A program made the position numbers and the translations under genes. Positions 1 through 11,804 of a stretch of DNA of 64,000 bases are shown here, piece after piece. This DNA is from Cirrosporium novae-zelandiae (Eukaryota), in the NCBI GenBank assembly GCA_026023565.1, contig JAPETS010000001.1, positions 1,364,001 through 1,428,000 of the forward strand, read 5' to 3'. Below the pieces are notes generated by a model. The model was not told the origin of the DNA. It was given only the letters and a program-made list of their open reading frames with translations, and ran no database searches. Positions within the stretch are counted from its first letter, which is position 1. Every line of letters begins with the position of its first letter.

Positions 1-1191
1 AAGGTGACCCTCCAGAACCTCTCTTTGGTCGATCCGACGCGTATACCTCTCCACCTGATGATTGGACCTGCTTGGGACGTATGGACACTGAGACAGGATA
101 CAAAAGAATATTTCGAAGCCCTTTGCTGGGGTATTGGCCAGTTGGTGAAAGTACACTATATTGATGAAGATGAAGAAGACGAAGAGAAAAGAACAAGTCC
201 TAGGATAACCGAATTACTTTTTTATGCCGTGAAACCTACAAACTTGTCAAATGGCTCATCCGGCATGCCAAATTCTCCACCGGCTTCATCCCCTCCAAAC
301 ACAGACTCTCCCGACAGTCCAGCTGCTTCAAGAAATACAACCTCTCCCTCGAGCGAAATGCGTGTTTATTGCCTACCTCTATCTTCCGACCTCATCTATA
401 AGCTAGCTGAAGGGGGATTCTCCCAAGTGCCATTAAAAGCCAGAGAGGCCCAAGACCATCCCGCACAGTTCCTCCCAACTCCATTCCAACAGAATGCGCA
501 GCACCTACCAAAACGTCAGCGTGTAGAAGACCTCTTCGATGAGATAGCGGAACAGAGACGGAGAGCGCGTCACAGTAAAGGCGAGAATGTTGCGCACATG
601 ATGGCCTCGATGGAGCGTCATGTCTCTCCATTTATCGGCATTAAGAAAGAATCGGGGGAAGAAGGCTTGTTGTCGAGACCGGCCAGTAGAGCAAGTTTTC
701 AGGCGCATCCCTGTGAAGAGTCGAGGAAGATGACAGATGCTTACAGAGCGAGACAGCATTCAAGGACGCCCAGCTTAGGTGGAGGGTTTGGTGAATTTGG
801 CAGACCTCCCAGCAGAAAAGATGGTGTGCAAGCCACGAAACGGTCTTCTCTCCACCAAGTAGCTAGTGTTGCATCTTTCAACGGGAATTCCCCAGTGGCG
901 GATGAAGATTGTATCGAAGGGCAAAATAAATGTGCACTTTCAAGAGTTGTGATGGCAGGAATGCGCCTCTACGGGTTTCAGCAACAGAAGCATCATGCCG
1001 ATGCTGATACGAGCTATGAAGAGTATAAGATGATGTACCATCAGACATACAGGGCAGCCGCATTTGCATTGAGAGGGCAAATGGCAGGGCCTGAAGGAAT
1101 TGAACTGGATATGATGAGGGGAGTGGTTGATAGTGTGCTGGGTATTTTTTGCAACGATGGACAAGGGAAGAGTAGCAAACGGGAACGATGA
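1..1191 (+). CDS. SLD7: Sld7-like replication initiation / mitochondrial morphogenesis protein, 5' end outside the window
   Basis: The C-terminal helical segment NKCALSRVVMAGMRLYGF...EEYKMMYHQTYRAAAFALR...MMRGVVDSVLGIFC resembles the Sld7 C-terminal domain of filamentous fungi. The frame is open from the window edge. Confidence 0.7.
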   Translation, partial: KVTLQNLSLVDPTRIPLHLMIGPAWDVWTLRQDTKEYFEALCWGIGQLVKVHYIDEDEEDEEKRTSPRITELLFYAVKPTNLSNGSSGMPNSPPASSPPNTDSPDSPAASRNTTSPSSEMRVYCLPLSSDLIYKLAEGGFSQVPLKAREAQDHPAQFLPTPFQQNAQHLPKRQRVEDLFDEIAEQRRRARHSKGENVAHMMASMERHVSPFIGIKKESGEEGLLSRPASRASFQAHPCEESRKMTDAYRARQHSRTPSLGGGFGEFGRPPSRKDGVQATKRSSLHQVASVASFNGNSPVADEDCIEGQNKCALSRVVMAGMRLYGFQQQKHHADADTSYEEYKMMYHQTYRAAAFALRGQMAGPEGIELDMMRGVVDSVLGIFCNDGQGKSSKRER

Positions 1192-1727
1192 GAATTATTA
1201 AGGATTGGGGTTGGGGGGGTCAAATGGTTACCGAGCCAAAGGGTCAACGGGGGGTTAAAGGGTTATATAAACGGCAGAAGTGTACCCTAGGTCCATAGGG
1301 AGATAAAAGAGTAAAAAGTAAAAGTGTCAGATTATGAAAAGACTGAGGGGTAAATTCGGAATGTTGGGACTCCCCATATTTAGTTCCGACTGTACTGGGC
1401 TGTGATTGGACGGAAAGTGGAATCAGCCACCCCATCTCACAATTAGGACACTGGTTGTGATACAAACCGCCTCTAGTTAATTAATGGATATGTCTATCTC
1501 AAATCCTCCTCTTCCTCTTCCGACCCCCCACCCATAGAAGTCTTTCTTCTATTTTAATAATACTTACTTTCTCATCCCATTCTTTCAACCCCATTTAACT
1601 TAGGCACAATACCTCAAAACTCGTTGTTTGTTTGTTGGAAAACTTTCGTCGTAGCGGCCCGGATCGCTTTGAAACCCCCCCCCCCCCTTGTTAGAAATAA
1701 CCCCACCCTTCCGCACACTTCGCAAAC

Positions 1728-2484
1728 ATGGTGAGCGCGTTCTAAAGAATTCCCCGTCTTATTCAACCTCCTCCCGAATTGACAACCTTGCAAGGTGCTT
1801 CAACCTCCCCCAGACGGCATCCATCCATCCCTCGAAGCCCTCATTGATTCTATGAACCAGCATGCCGGCCCTGAAGGCTATGCTGTCGTAAAAGCCCGTT
1901 CGAAATCCAGATACGGTGAAACCACCAAGTGCTATATTCGATGCGACAAGGGTGGTAATTACACTCCCAACGTGAGTGAGGCCGATCGAAAGCGCAAGAA
2001 GCGTTCGAGACTTACCGGCTGTCCTTTCTCCGCCGTCGCCAACCTGAAACCTGAAGGCTGGGTCTTGAACGTGAGGATTCCCGAGCATAATCACGATCCT
2101 GATACCGCCATTAGTTCTCATCCAGCCCTGCGGAGGATGGTAAAGAAGGCAATGGCTGCTCACGCAAATGGTATGGATGATACACAGCAGACGCCTACAC
2201 CCATGCCGAATGGAGATATGCACCTTGCTGGAATGTTACAACCGGGTTTGGGGGGAGATATGGGAGGCCGGTTTAACCCAATGGCCACACCCCAGCCAAT
2301 GCAACCAAATACACCTCAGCAGCATGTCGATAGCATCGATTTACAGATTGCTAGTCTAATTGGGCAGAGGAATATCGTGGTGCAAAATATGCAGAACCAG
2401 AATATGCAGAGTATGAATGGTGCAATGCCACCGCAACATCAACAACAGCATCCTGCTCAGCAGCAACAGCAACAGCAGCAGCAA

Positions 2485-2540
<56 letters not shown>

Positions 2541-2733
2541 ACAACAACAACAACAACAGCAGCCCACCCCTCAATCAGGAAACGATGGCACCCTTGCTGG
2601 CCTACAACAAGCTCTCTTTGCTTCAGCTCGCGCACACGAAGCTGCCGCGACTGCCGACCGAAAAGTCGCTGTTGAACTGGGCAAGTTCACCAAGGTTACC
2701 AATTCATGGAACAATTCGGGCTCTCCGTCCTGA
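1728..2733 (+). CDS. FAR1/WRKY-GCM1-type zinc-finger DNA-binding protein with polyQ tract (probable transcription factor)
   Basis: Exon 1 is just ATG (1728-1730). The intron is 1731-1794 (GTGAGC..ATTGAC..AAG), and exon 2 is 1795-2733. Motif GYAVVKARSK..CYIRCDKGG..SRLTGCPF..W.L....PEHNH is the C-C-H-H FAR1/MULE N-terminal domain. The tail is rich in Q, M and P. Confidence 0.8.
2458..2562 (+). repeat. Coding CAG/CAA trinucleotide repeat (35 consecutive Gln)
   Basis: 105 nt made only of CAG/CAA codons, in frame with the 1795..2733 exon. Confidence 0.95.
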
Positions 2734-2874
2734 AAGGCGCTTGACTACTCTCCTTCACCCTCGACTGTCTATCTCGTATGACTACTTGCTATCTGGGCCA
2801 GGGCTTCACAACGCGCATGCAATGTATCATAATCATTACCATAATCATACCTATTCATTCCACCATCACCACTA

Positions 2875-4723
2875 CTACGTTCTCGACCTCGCTTCACTAC
2901 TGGCACGTCTTTCCTCCCTTCCCAGACCGCCACCACCAACGCCATCATCATCTTTCCCAATATCTACTGCAGCACTGCATTCAATAAAATCCTCCAACTC
3001 CTCACTAACCGTCTTGAGTTTCTCTTTCACGCTTGCGATCCCCTCAAACCCGACGATATGTCTGGCAGGGGGGTTGTCATGGCCTCCAATTGCTGTTAGT
3101 GCATGCACTGTCTCCGCCACCAAGCTCTCCCTCACTACGTCCGGTACTGCCGGATAGAAGCTTTCAACCTTATCTGACGAAAGCGGTGGCGGCGGAGAAG
3201 CTCTTGCATCCATTCCATCGTCATCATTATTAGCGGGATTAGCATCACCGTTACCAGTACTATACCCACCACTCCCCTCCGCCTCAGTCGTCGCACTCGC
3301 CAATTTCCGGAGCAGCGGACTCAAGATACCCCGAAAAAGCGGCGCCGGGTTATTGTCAGTCGCATACTGAGGCAACGGCGGGGCAGCCGTGATTTTGTTG
3401 GTCAGAATTCCGATTTCCATGCTTGTCTGGACGATGGTCAACTTGATGCTGAAGGGCGCGATTTCATATGCGAGGCTCTATTTTTTGGTCAAAATGGATG
3501 GAACAAGTTGTCAGCGGATGTGGTTCTATCCTATACTTTTCCCTCTCCCTTCTTTTTCTTCTATAATTCAAACGACGTTTGTAATTCATTAGGCGGAGGA
3601 GAACCGCCCTAATTTTTATCTCCTCGAGAAAGAGATGTTGATAGACCGATCCATAGTAATATGAAACAATGATTCAAGAGAGAAAGAGAAACTTACGTCG
3701 CAGAATCCTTCTAGTGCCCACCCCGCTGCGCAGTACATGCCTAACCCAGGTGTTCCCAAATGGCCAGCTAGATTTTTTGTTGGGACTAATTAGCTTGCCA
3801 TACGTAATCGTAGATGTATATCAAGTCCCCCCCCCCCCCACTCACCCCCTCCAGCAAAACCGAAACTCAAAACCCAAAAGGAAATAGAAGTATAGGAATA
3901 GATGTAGAATAGAACATACTAATCCCCGAAATCACAATGACATGCCCGCTCCTCCTCTCACGCATGGCCGGCAGCGCCGCCTTGATAAACGCCATGGGCC
4001 CAAAGAAATTTGTTTCGAATTGCTCGCGCACCAGGGTTTGCGCGCGTAGTGTCGTGCTGAGTTCTTCGACTGTCCCGACAATTGCTGGTGGTTCGTGAGT
4101 GTCAAGGTAGGGTGTGATGCTGGAGGGGATGGGAGAAATAAATCTTACCTTCGCTTTTACAACAGACGAGGACATCTAGACGGCCGAAAGTGGCGACGGC
4201 TTTGGCTACTGCGGATTGACATTGGGCATTTGCTCTAGGGGGTTTCGGGGGCGGGGGTTAGTTTTTCTTTCTTTCTTTCGTTTCTTTATAAGCGGGATGG
4301 GTGGATGAATACTGTTCCTTCCATTCCCCTCCCTCTCTAAAAATAAATAAATAATGAACTAGAAACCTACCGTCCGTCCCATGCGCACACTCTCACCCTC
4401 TCCCCCCACCCTTTCTGGCCACCCGGTCCCGTACTACCACCACCGGCACTGGAACTCCCACCATCACCGCTCTCGGCCTCCCCCGTCCCATCCTTCCGGC
4501 TCTTCCTCCGGACCTCCGCCAGGAACTCCTGAAATAAGCGGCCTGTCCCATTGGCATCGCGATCAAGGTCGGCGGTGGAGACGCACAAGACAAGATAATC
4601 GCCGTGGGGGAGGAGGGCTCGAGCTAGGCCGAGGCCGAGCGGGGAGGCGCCCGAGGTGAGGAGCCAGACTTGGGGACGGTTTTGGGGTGGGAATGTCGGG
4701 ATTGGGAGAGGGGGTATGGGCAT
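2875..4723 (-). CDS. Short-chain dehydrogenase/reductase family protein (multi-exon, atypical motifs)
   Basis: Exon pieces give PQVWLLTSGASPLGLGLARALL, EQFETNFFGPMAFIKAALPAMRERRSGHVIVISGI, GHLGTPGLGMYCAAGWALEGFCD and SLAYEIAPFSIKLTIVQ. GT-AG introns lie between them. Confidence 0.85.
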
Positions 4724-5374
4724 AGCTTTTTTTTTTGCTGCTATGCTGCTATTGGCGAATGCGGTGAGTGCTTTTGCTCTTGAGCTTGGCCTTTGGATGA
4801 TGATGCGATGAGGATTTAAGCGGGTAGGTTTTGTTATATTGGACAGCGGTGGGTTAACCTTGGAGTTGCTTGTGGTTTGGTTTTATGTTATGATGACCGA
4901 AGCGGGTCGTGCAGGGATTAAGGGTGGCGGAGAGGATATCAAGGCCATTACTCGTAGCGGAGAATGATTAGGAGAGTAGCTGATAATGTTCTAACTTGGG
5001 ACGTGCTTCATAGGCTTAGAGAACGAATAAGGAAGGTTGGCGGAACCTTTAGGAAAGCTCTGGGGAGATTAATCATTTAAATCTTCGGCGGAGGTTGCCT
5101 TGGGTTTTTGGGTGTGTTGATAAATGACCCTGCAGTGTGTGTGTGTCTTGGTGTGAGTTTACAAGTTTTGCAGATACTCAATCCCGATTTCTGGCTCGCT
5201 ACTTGTCCGTGGTCTCTTACGTCTTTAGCTACATTACCAGTAATTGATGAACAGATTTCCGTTTTTACATGGGGACCTTTATGAATATAAATAGTCTCAA
5301 CCATGCTACCTCGTAGGGCTGTGTTGCAAGCTCCAAGAATAATGCAAGCCCGTCCTGATACTCCTCAGTCAGTC

Positions 5375-6525
5375 TCAACGCTGATATGTCTGCCGCCGGC
5401 ATGTCTTCTCCACCTCAACGCCATTAAAATGATCAGCAATTTAGTTAAGCTATATTTGCTGGCCTGCATATAGCGTTAGTATATGCACATGTCTCAGAAA
5501 ATACATTACAGCAGGTATTGTTGACCCACTTCGTTGTAATTTCATGTGCAACAACATTGTCTAGTGTTCCCTATAAGGCCAGCATCCATCCTGAGACGCT
5601 CTTCCCTCCATTCATTATTAGATTCGAGTATGCTTGAGCATAGAATTTTTTCTCCTAATTCGGCTTCATCAGGGTCTCGACATCAAAGAGCGCTAGACCT
5701 ATGGAGTCGTACCCTTAGATATGTTTCATTAGTCTGAAGTAGGTCTCTCAACTTATCTCTGCACATATATTTAAGCAGCTCCCCCTCCCTGCGAGTGACC
5801 CCTCATAATAAACTGCTTAGATAAGTTTAGAAAAGCTGTCTGCGCGGTTTCGACGGCAAAGAACATATCGTTTGCAGCAGTAGGGTTTGCTAGGTAAGTA
5901 TGATTGACAGCATTTCCCTGAGAATCTTTACCGACACCGAGACTAGCGTAATCTGGGGCAACCACGATATAACCCTACAAGACAAGGGTATAAGAGGTGG
6001 AATACTGATACCATAGATTGTGAGCATGAAAGAATCCATAACCACCGAAGACACCGCTTGTGCCGTAGGCCTAACCAATGGCAGGGTAACCAGAGATATT
6101 TTTAAACGAACGAACCATCCAGGGCCAGAGAATATAGGCTGATGCAGGAACAATTGTCTTGTTGAGGGTTTCTGTCATGAGTAGTATACGAGATAGAGCA
6201 AGGTTCGGGGACATGGTGTAAGCGGTAGTATTGATGTCTTGCTGTACCTTAAGCAGACTACCTGTACGTGCCTCGGAAACATTTGCATGCACAGTATTGA
6301 ATGAATCTTAAGCAACAGAGCCATCGGCCCAATTCGAGCGTTCAAAATTTAATGCAATATTCACATTATGTACTTCCATCGACTCGATTCCTACCTGATT
6401 TATGTGATATTGACTTAATCTGTAGGAGGAATTGAGGTGTTGCTCTGAGCAGTAGATGTAGTCTACACTTCACATGGGAGAAAAGACGGACTGGTTGAAA
6501 CAAGAAGCATGGTAGAGATAACCAT
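5375..6525 (-). pseudogene. Secretory lipase (LIP-type alpha/beta hydrolase) pseudogene
   Basis: One frame reads VPASAYILWP..PAIG*AYGTSG..NLWYQY..L*GYIVVAPDYASLG..GHSQGGGAA*. The C-terminal part reads QQI*LN*IADHFNG. In-frame stops are at 6071, 5975 and 5771. The 5' limit is approximate. Confidence 0.85.
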
Positions 6526-7575
6526 GTCGACTATTAATGCTGGAATGCTATTTTCAACTGATAATAAAATGAACAGAATAGAAAGAGATAAATAGTGAAT
6601 CTACTATGTCATGTGTAAAGCGAACGAATATAGTAAATATCAAAGAGTTTAGTATATGTTATGACACAGCAATGGATAGATAGCATCATAGCGTAGTGTT
6701 GGCTGATGGAAATCTCTTGAGTACTGAAAGATTTAGATGATCATCTCCCTCGGCTGTACTTTATAGTGTACATGCAAGGACGTAGTCATCCGCAGAGTAC
6801 ACCATAGAATTTTGCCAAATATGAAGTCTCTATATGCCACTGAGGTGAAGGAGAAAAAGGAACTGGCAAGGAAACGAGCTGAGGCCAAATCAACATTCTC
6901 AAATTTTCTTTCAGAAATGTCGGATATTGTCTAATTACTGTATTTTCTAATTATAATACGATGAGAATAATCAGAATAGTCCTTAGAATCCCTTAGGCAC
7001 CCGCAGGCTTCGGCCAAAACCCCATATTTCTGGTTGTTATGCCTTCGTCATTCGTCAACATGGATGCCCTTCGGATTACGCCGCATAATGTATATAGCTC
7101 GATCACAATTTGCATCTGATGAGTGTTTTAAGCGAACATCGGTGAAATCCTTCTCGAATATGTGCCCAAGAAATGTCTCCGAGCCATTATCTCGTAGCCA
7201 TGAGTTAACGATGATAAGCCAAGTACTCAGAAATTCTGCAAAACTGGATGGGAGATCATGTAGATAGTTTCTCGCATATCGGCTTGACCCATTGAATTTC
7301 CATTGAGGGTCAAAACAACTGTTTTTCGGAGCCCTTTCTTTACGTAGCGGTTATTTGGTTGCCAAGTTTGTTATGATGGCCGATGGGGCTCGTTAGTTGG
7401 CGCAGTCATATTCCCCTGACGTTGTCTGCTTGGGGTTCTAGTTTAGAGACACTATGGCAGGTATCATTGTTCAACAACTTTGTCCCTCTTTCATAATAGA
7501 AGATACAATTCATACTTAGTAGAGAAGGCATTCTATAAAACGTTTTCTACTACTTAAGAATGATGTTCTAACGAC

Positions 7576-8696
7576 TCAATCGTCTACTGCCATAATTGGA
7601 TTCCTGCTCTTCCGTCGTTTTAGTTTATCCCGAGCGCCAGGAGTAATAGGGCTTTTCTCATCTTTCTCGGAGCCCTTGCTAGCTTTCCTTGAAAATGGTA
7701 GATCTTGTGGCGCGGATATCTTTAACTGGGGTGTGTCTGCTCCTGGAGGTTTTAGGATAGTTTTGGATTGGGTGGAACCTTGTGGTTTCTCGTGAACCTT
7801 CGATAGGATAAAGGCACCTGGTTCTCCGACAAGAGGATTTTCGTCAATGTACTCATTTCCATATCGGATTGATAGGTTTAATGATTCGGCCAATAGCATT
7901 GCTTCCTGGATATCGGCTGAAGAGGCATTCTTTGATACTAGAGATTGTTTTGGACTCTTGGCACCCTGCGATTCTGGAATTGGGGTATTTTCTTTACTTG
8001 CTTGGGATAGCGGTTGATTCGATATCGAGTCTTGTAACTTCACACCCGGCGACATGTAAGTATAACCTAAAGTCGGTGTAAAATATGGCAACGAGGATAC
8101 AGTGGAGAGGAATTTCGTAAGAGAGGTTACGGTTGAGAGCTGGATGGGTTAGCCTAGCTTGGAACAACTATACCATACAATGGGAACTTACCATTCGACT
8201 ACCAAGAATATTATTGACGGTAGGAGCCATATAGACGTTTCCACTTTCTGCTAGGACAAAATAAGTCGCAAGAACTGCGATCTCATCTTCCTCGCCATCG
8301 TGTTTTCGTCGATTTTGTTTTCTTATAACCCAAATTCCACTGTCAGGGACTCCGGGCTGGATCTGGGTCTGAGCAGGTTCAAAAGCTACCATGAACTCCA
8401 ATCCCTGCATTGAACGTAGCCGACCTTCAAAAGCCTCACGGGTCTGGATTATTGGGTACATATTCGGGTTATACATTGCCTGTGTAGTGAGGGTGGCATT
8501 ATTTGACGTTGCATCGAAAAAAGGTGATTGAGCGAAGTAGGGTAAAACTGCGAATGATTCAGTATAGATGTTCAGAACAAAGCTCTGAAAGCGCACTTGT
8601 ATTTGTGTGAAGCCCACCCATAGACTGAGCCAGAGGGAGTGATTTCCATTGAATTTCATCGAGGGGAGGATCCCTTGGTCCTTTAATACCATCCAT
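7576..8696 (-). CDS. MED6: Mediator subunit 6
   Basis: ATG at 8696 gives MDGIKGPRDPPLDEIQWKS. Later exons give VLPYFAQSPFFDATSNNATL, LRSMQGLEF, GIWVIRKQNR and NVYMAPTV. Three exons. Confidence 0.92.
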
Positions 8697-9461
8697 TTTG
8701 GATTGCTATCACTTTGGCCTTGAGCTAATTGGAGCTGAGGTTTAAAGGATAGGTTATATTAAAGTACCAGTCTAAATGTCTTAGTGGTGAACGAGATGTT
8801 CCTCAGCATATAGAGATGTTGGGGCCTCCACTTCGATGAAGTCAGGGCCTAACCTAGACCATTGCTTAAAATCTATTTGGTCTAGATATGTATAAATTTC
8901 ATGGTGGAGAATAGAATATCAGAACTCGTTCGTGGAATTAAATTCTTGGGATTTAGAGTTTGGTCTAGAGTTAAAAATATCAGTGCGTAACCGATATTTC
9001 CAGCTTTGTTAGGCTTCTCTTGTCTTCCAGAAGCTTCGCCTTTATAATTCAGCGAAACACAACGGAAATTAGCTAAATAAAGCTAGTATTCACTAACTAT
9101 GTTGCCCGTAGCTTTTGAATGATTCAGGAATTAAAGAGTACTCTATTCACTAGTTGATACACTAGTACTGAAATGTATTAGTTTGAATATAAACTCGGTT
9201 GTCTATCCTGCCCCGATTTTCTCGCCTTCTAGCTCTCTGCCAAAGTTTTCGCATTTTAAACCCTTTAGAAAGTAAATTACTTTTCTTTCTCTTAAAAGGT
9301 ACACTATAGATATAGATTTCTATTATTTATCCTTTTATGCCTTGGGCGGTTTTCTTGAGTTACCTTGAAGTTATCATCATGCCATTTGACTTTGCAATCT
9401 AATTTTATATAAGAAATATCTTTTCTGGTTTTTACTTTTGATTAATCTGGTTCTATGAATC

Positions 9462-11804
9462 ATGACCACGATGTCCGACATTTCACGAAAGCCCTTCGGG
9501 CGGATATTATTTATTGACGCTTATGATTCATTTTCTTGCAACATCATCAACCTTCTACAGACAACACTCGATGCTGAAATACGTACTCTATGCATGGACG
9601 CCCATATCTCTGAGGATGAACTACCTCACCTCTTGAGGTATTTTGATGCAGTAGTGGTCGGACCAGGACCAGGGAATCCTACCGTAAAAGAAGATGTTGG
9701 CCTCATTGATTATCTCTGGAGACTTGAAGACGCCAATTTGATCCCAGTGTTAGGTATTTGCCTTGGCTTTCAGAGTCTTGCCCTGGCATATGGAGCTACC
9801 ATAGCTCGACTGGTGGAACCCCAGCATGGCCAAATTGCAACCATATCCCACAACGGAAAATCAATATTCCAAGGCATTGGTAGCCTCCATGCTACGCTGT
9901 ATCACTCACTACATGCAATTATCCATGATAAAATCTCTAATTCTGACCAGCGGGATCTCTGGAAGTCCGAACTTTGTCCATCGTTGGAACCACTTGCATG
10001 GAACGTGTGTGGAGGATCAGATGGTCCTGTATTGATGGGAGTAAAACATGTGAATAAGCCATTCTGGGGGGTCCAGTTTCATCCAGAATCCATATGCTCA
10101 GGCAATGAATGCAAGCAGGCCATCAGAAACTGGGCACGAGAGTCCAACATCTGGGGCAGAACAAAGAATCGGACTTCTGAACGAGATTCCCCCCTTCCAA
10201 TATTGCCAATTTTGGGCGCCGGAACAAACGTCGCGACAACATTCAAACCTTGCCCGCTCTCTTCTGGACAGGGTTTCCAGATCATCACCAAATCGGTCGA
10301 TCTAGGCAATTTGAATGTTCCAGACCTTTGTGAAATGCTGGGGTTGCCTTATCAGGACACAATCATCCTCGAATCTAGAGCTTTTCGACAAGGGCTCGGA
10401 AAGCATTCCATCATCGGAGTACTCTCAAATGATTATATGAGACTTGAGTACTCAGTAGAGAATTCGTTTGTCAGTCTTACATCCTCCCAGGGAAAAGTAA
10501 CCCAGATCTCCCTAAATGGCGGAACAGTATGGCAATGGCTTGAGCATTTTTTGCAGGAAATAGATGTCATTGGTGGGACACCATCAATCCCATTTTGGGG
10601 TGGCTTCATGGGTTTCTTTTCTTATGAGGCAGGACTGGAGAAGTACTCTATACCTAAAAGAAAGGATGCTCCTGCAGATATCAGCTTGGTACTGGTGCAA
10701 AGGAGTATGGTGGTAAACCATGAAACCGGCAAGATATACATCCAAAGTATTATCGAGCACGACGATTGGCCTAGAGCAACCGCCAAAAGGTTGGTGTTAC
10801 AAACATCACTAAGCGCCCACTTGAAATGTAATACCTCATGCAAGATAAACAATGCCTTAAATATTGATAGGCAGAACATTAAATGTCGGAAGGCTGTGGA
10901 AAACTATCTTCACAATGCTATTTTCAAGCTTCCTGATGAAGAAACCTACAAAGCTAGAATAAGCCGAGCCCAGGAAGCAATCCGGGCAGGGGATTCATAT
11001 GAAATCTGCCTAACCGACGAGACTACAATTACTATTCCATCCAGCAAAGAGCCAACAATGTCGTGGCAGCTGTACAATCTGCTCCGAGACAGGAATCCTG
11101 CGCCGTTTGCAGCATATGTATCCCTAGGTGACTTGCAAATCCTCAGTAGCTCTCCAGAGTTATTTCTAAACCGTGAGCGTCAAGGATCCTGCTCCCTTCG
11201 ACCGATGAAAGGGACAGTCAAAAAGACTACGGATATGACGAGGGACAAGGCTGAAGCAATACTTGCATCCACAAAGGAGAGAGCAGAAAATCTCATGATT
11301 GTGGACTTAATTCGTCATGATCTTCATAGCGTCATGGGAACTATAGGTGATGTTTCAGTACCCGAGCTGATGGTTATTGAAGATTTTGAAACTGTTTATC
11401 AGATGAGTAGCCGCATCGAAGCTCAGATATTTAGTAGTATTCCTAAGCAAGAAATACCAACGGCTGTGGATACTCTTCGTGCATGTTTACCTCCTGGGTC
11501 AATGACCGGCGCACCAAAGAAACGAAGCTGTGAAATATTGAACGACTTGGAGGAGAGACCAAGACAAGCCTACTCCGGAGTTTTGGGGTACTTGGATTTT
11601 GGTGGGGCAGCGCAATTCTCTGTCCTGATCCGGAGTGCATTCAAGCACAAGACAACGGGAGAGATGGACGTATGGAGGATTGGTGCAGGGGGTGCTATCA
11701 CTGCGTTGAGTACAGTGCAAGGTGAATGGGAAGAAATGTTGACCAAACTTGAGAGTACTCTTAGCAGCTTTCGACTAGGAGATAGAGTGTCGCAAAGCAG
11801 TTGA
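9462..11804 (+). CDS. ABZ1: Aminodeoxychorismate (PABA) synthase, fused PabA-PabB
   Basis: GATase motifs IDAYDSFS, GPGPG, LGICLG and GVQFHPES. Chorismate-binding motifs KERAENLMIVDLIRHDL and PPGSMTGAPK. Intronless, 780 aa. Confidence 0.95.
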   Translation: MTTMSDISRKPFGRILFIDAYDSFSCNIINLLQTTLDAEIRTLCMDAHISEDELPHLLRYFDAVVVGPGPGNPTVKEDVGLIDYLWRLEDANLIPVLGICLGFQSLALAYGATIARLVEPQHGQIATISHNGKSIFQGIGSLHATLYHSLHAIIHDKISNSDQRDLWKSELCPSLEPLAWNVCGGSDGPVLMGVKHVNKPFWGVQFHPESICSGNECKQAIRNWARESNIWGRTKNRTSERDSPLPILPILGAGTNVATTFKPCPLSSGQGFQIITKSVDLGNLNVPDLCEMLGLPYQDTIILESRAFRQGLGKHSIIGVLSNDYMRLEYSVENSFVSLTSSQGKVTQISLNGGTVWQWLEHFLQEIDVIGGTPSIPFWGGFMGFFSYEAGLEKYSIPKRKDAPADISLVLVQRSMVVNHETGKIYIQSIIEHDDWPRATAKRLVLQTSLSAHLKCNTSCKINNALNIDRQNIKCRKAVENYLHNAIFKLPDEETYKARISRAQEAIRAGDSYEICLTDETTITIPSSKEPTMSWQLYNLLRDRNPAPFAAYVSLGDLQILSSSPELFLNRERQGSCSLRPMKGTVKKTTDMTRDKAEAILASTKERAENLMIVDLIRHDLHSVMGTIGDVSVPELMVIEDFETVYQMSSRIEAQIFSSIPKQEIPTAVDTLRACLPPGSMTGAPKKRSCEILNDLEERPRQAYSGVLGYLDFGGAAQFSVLIRSAFKHKTTGEMDVWRIGAGGAITALSTVQGEWEEMLTKLESTLSSFRLGDRVSQSS

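Noticed and set aside
2351..3157. Poly-Leu, poly-Ala/Val and poly-Ser/Asn ORFs
   Set aside because: They are alternative-frame readings of the CAG/CAA repeat.
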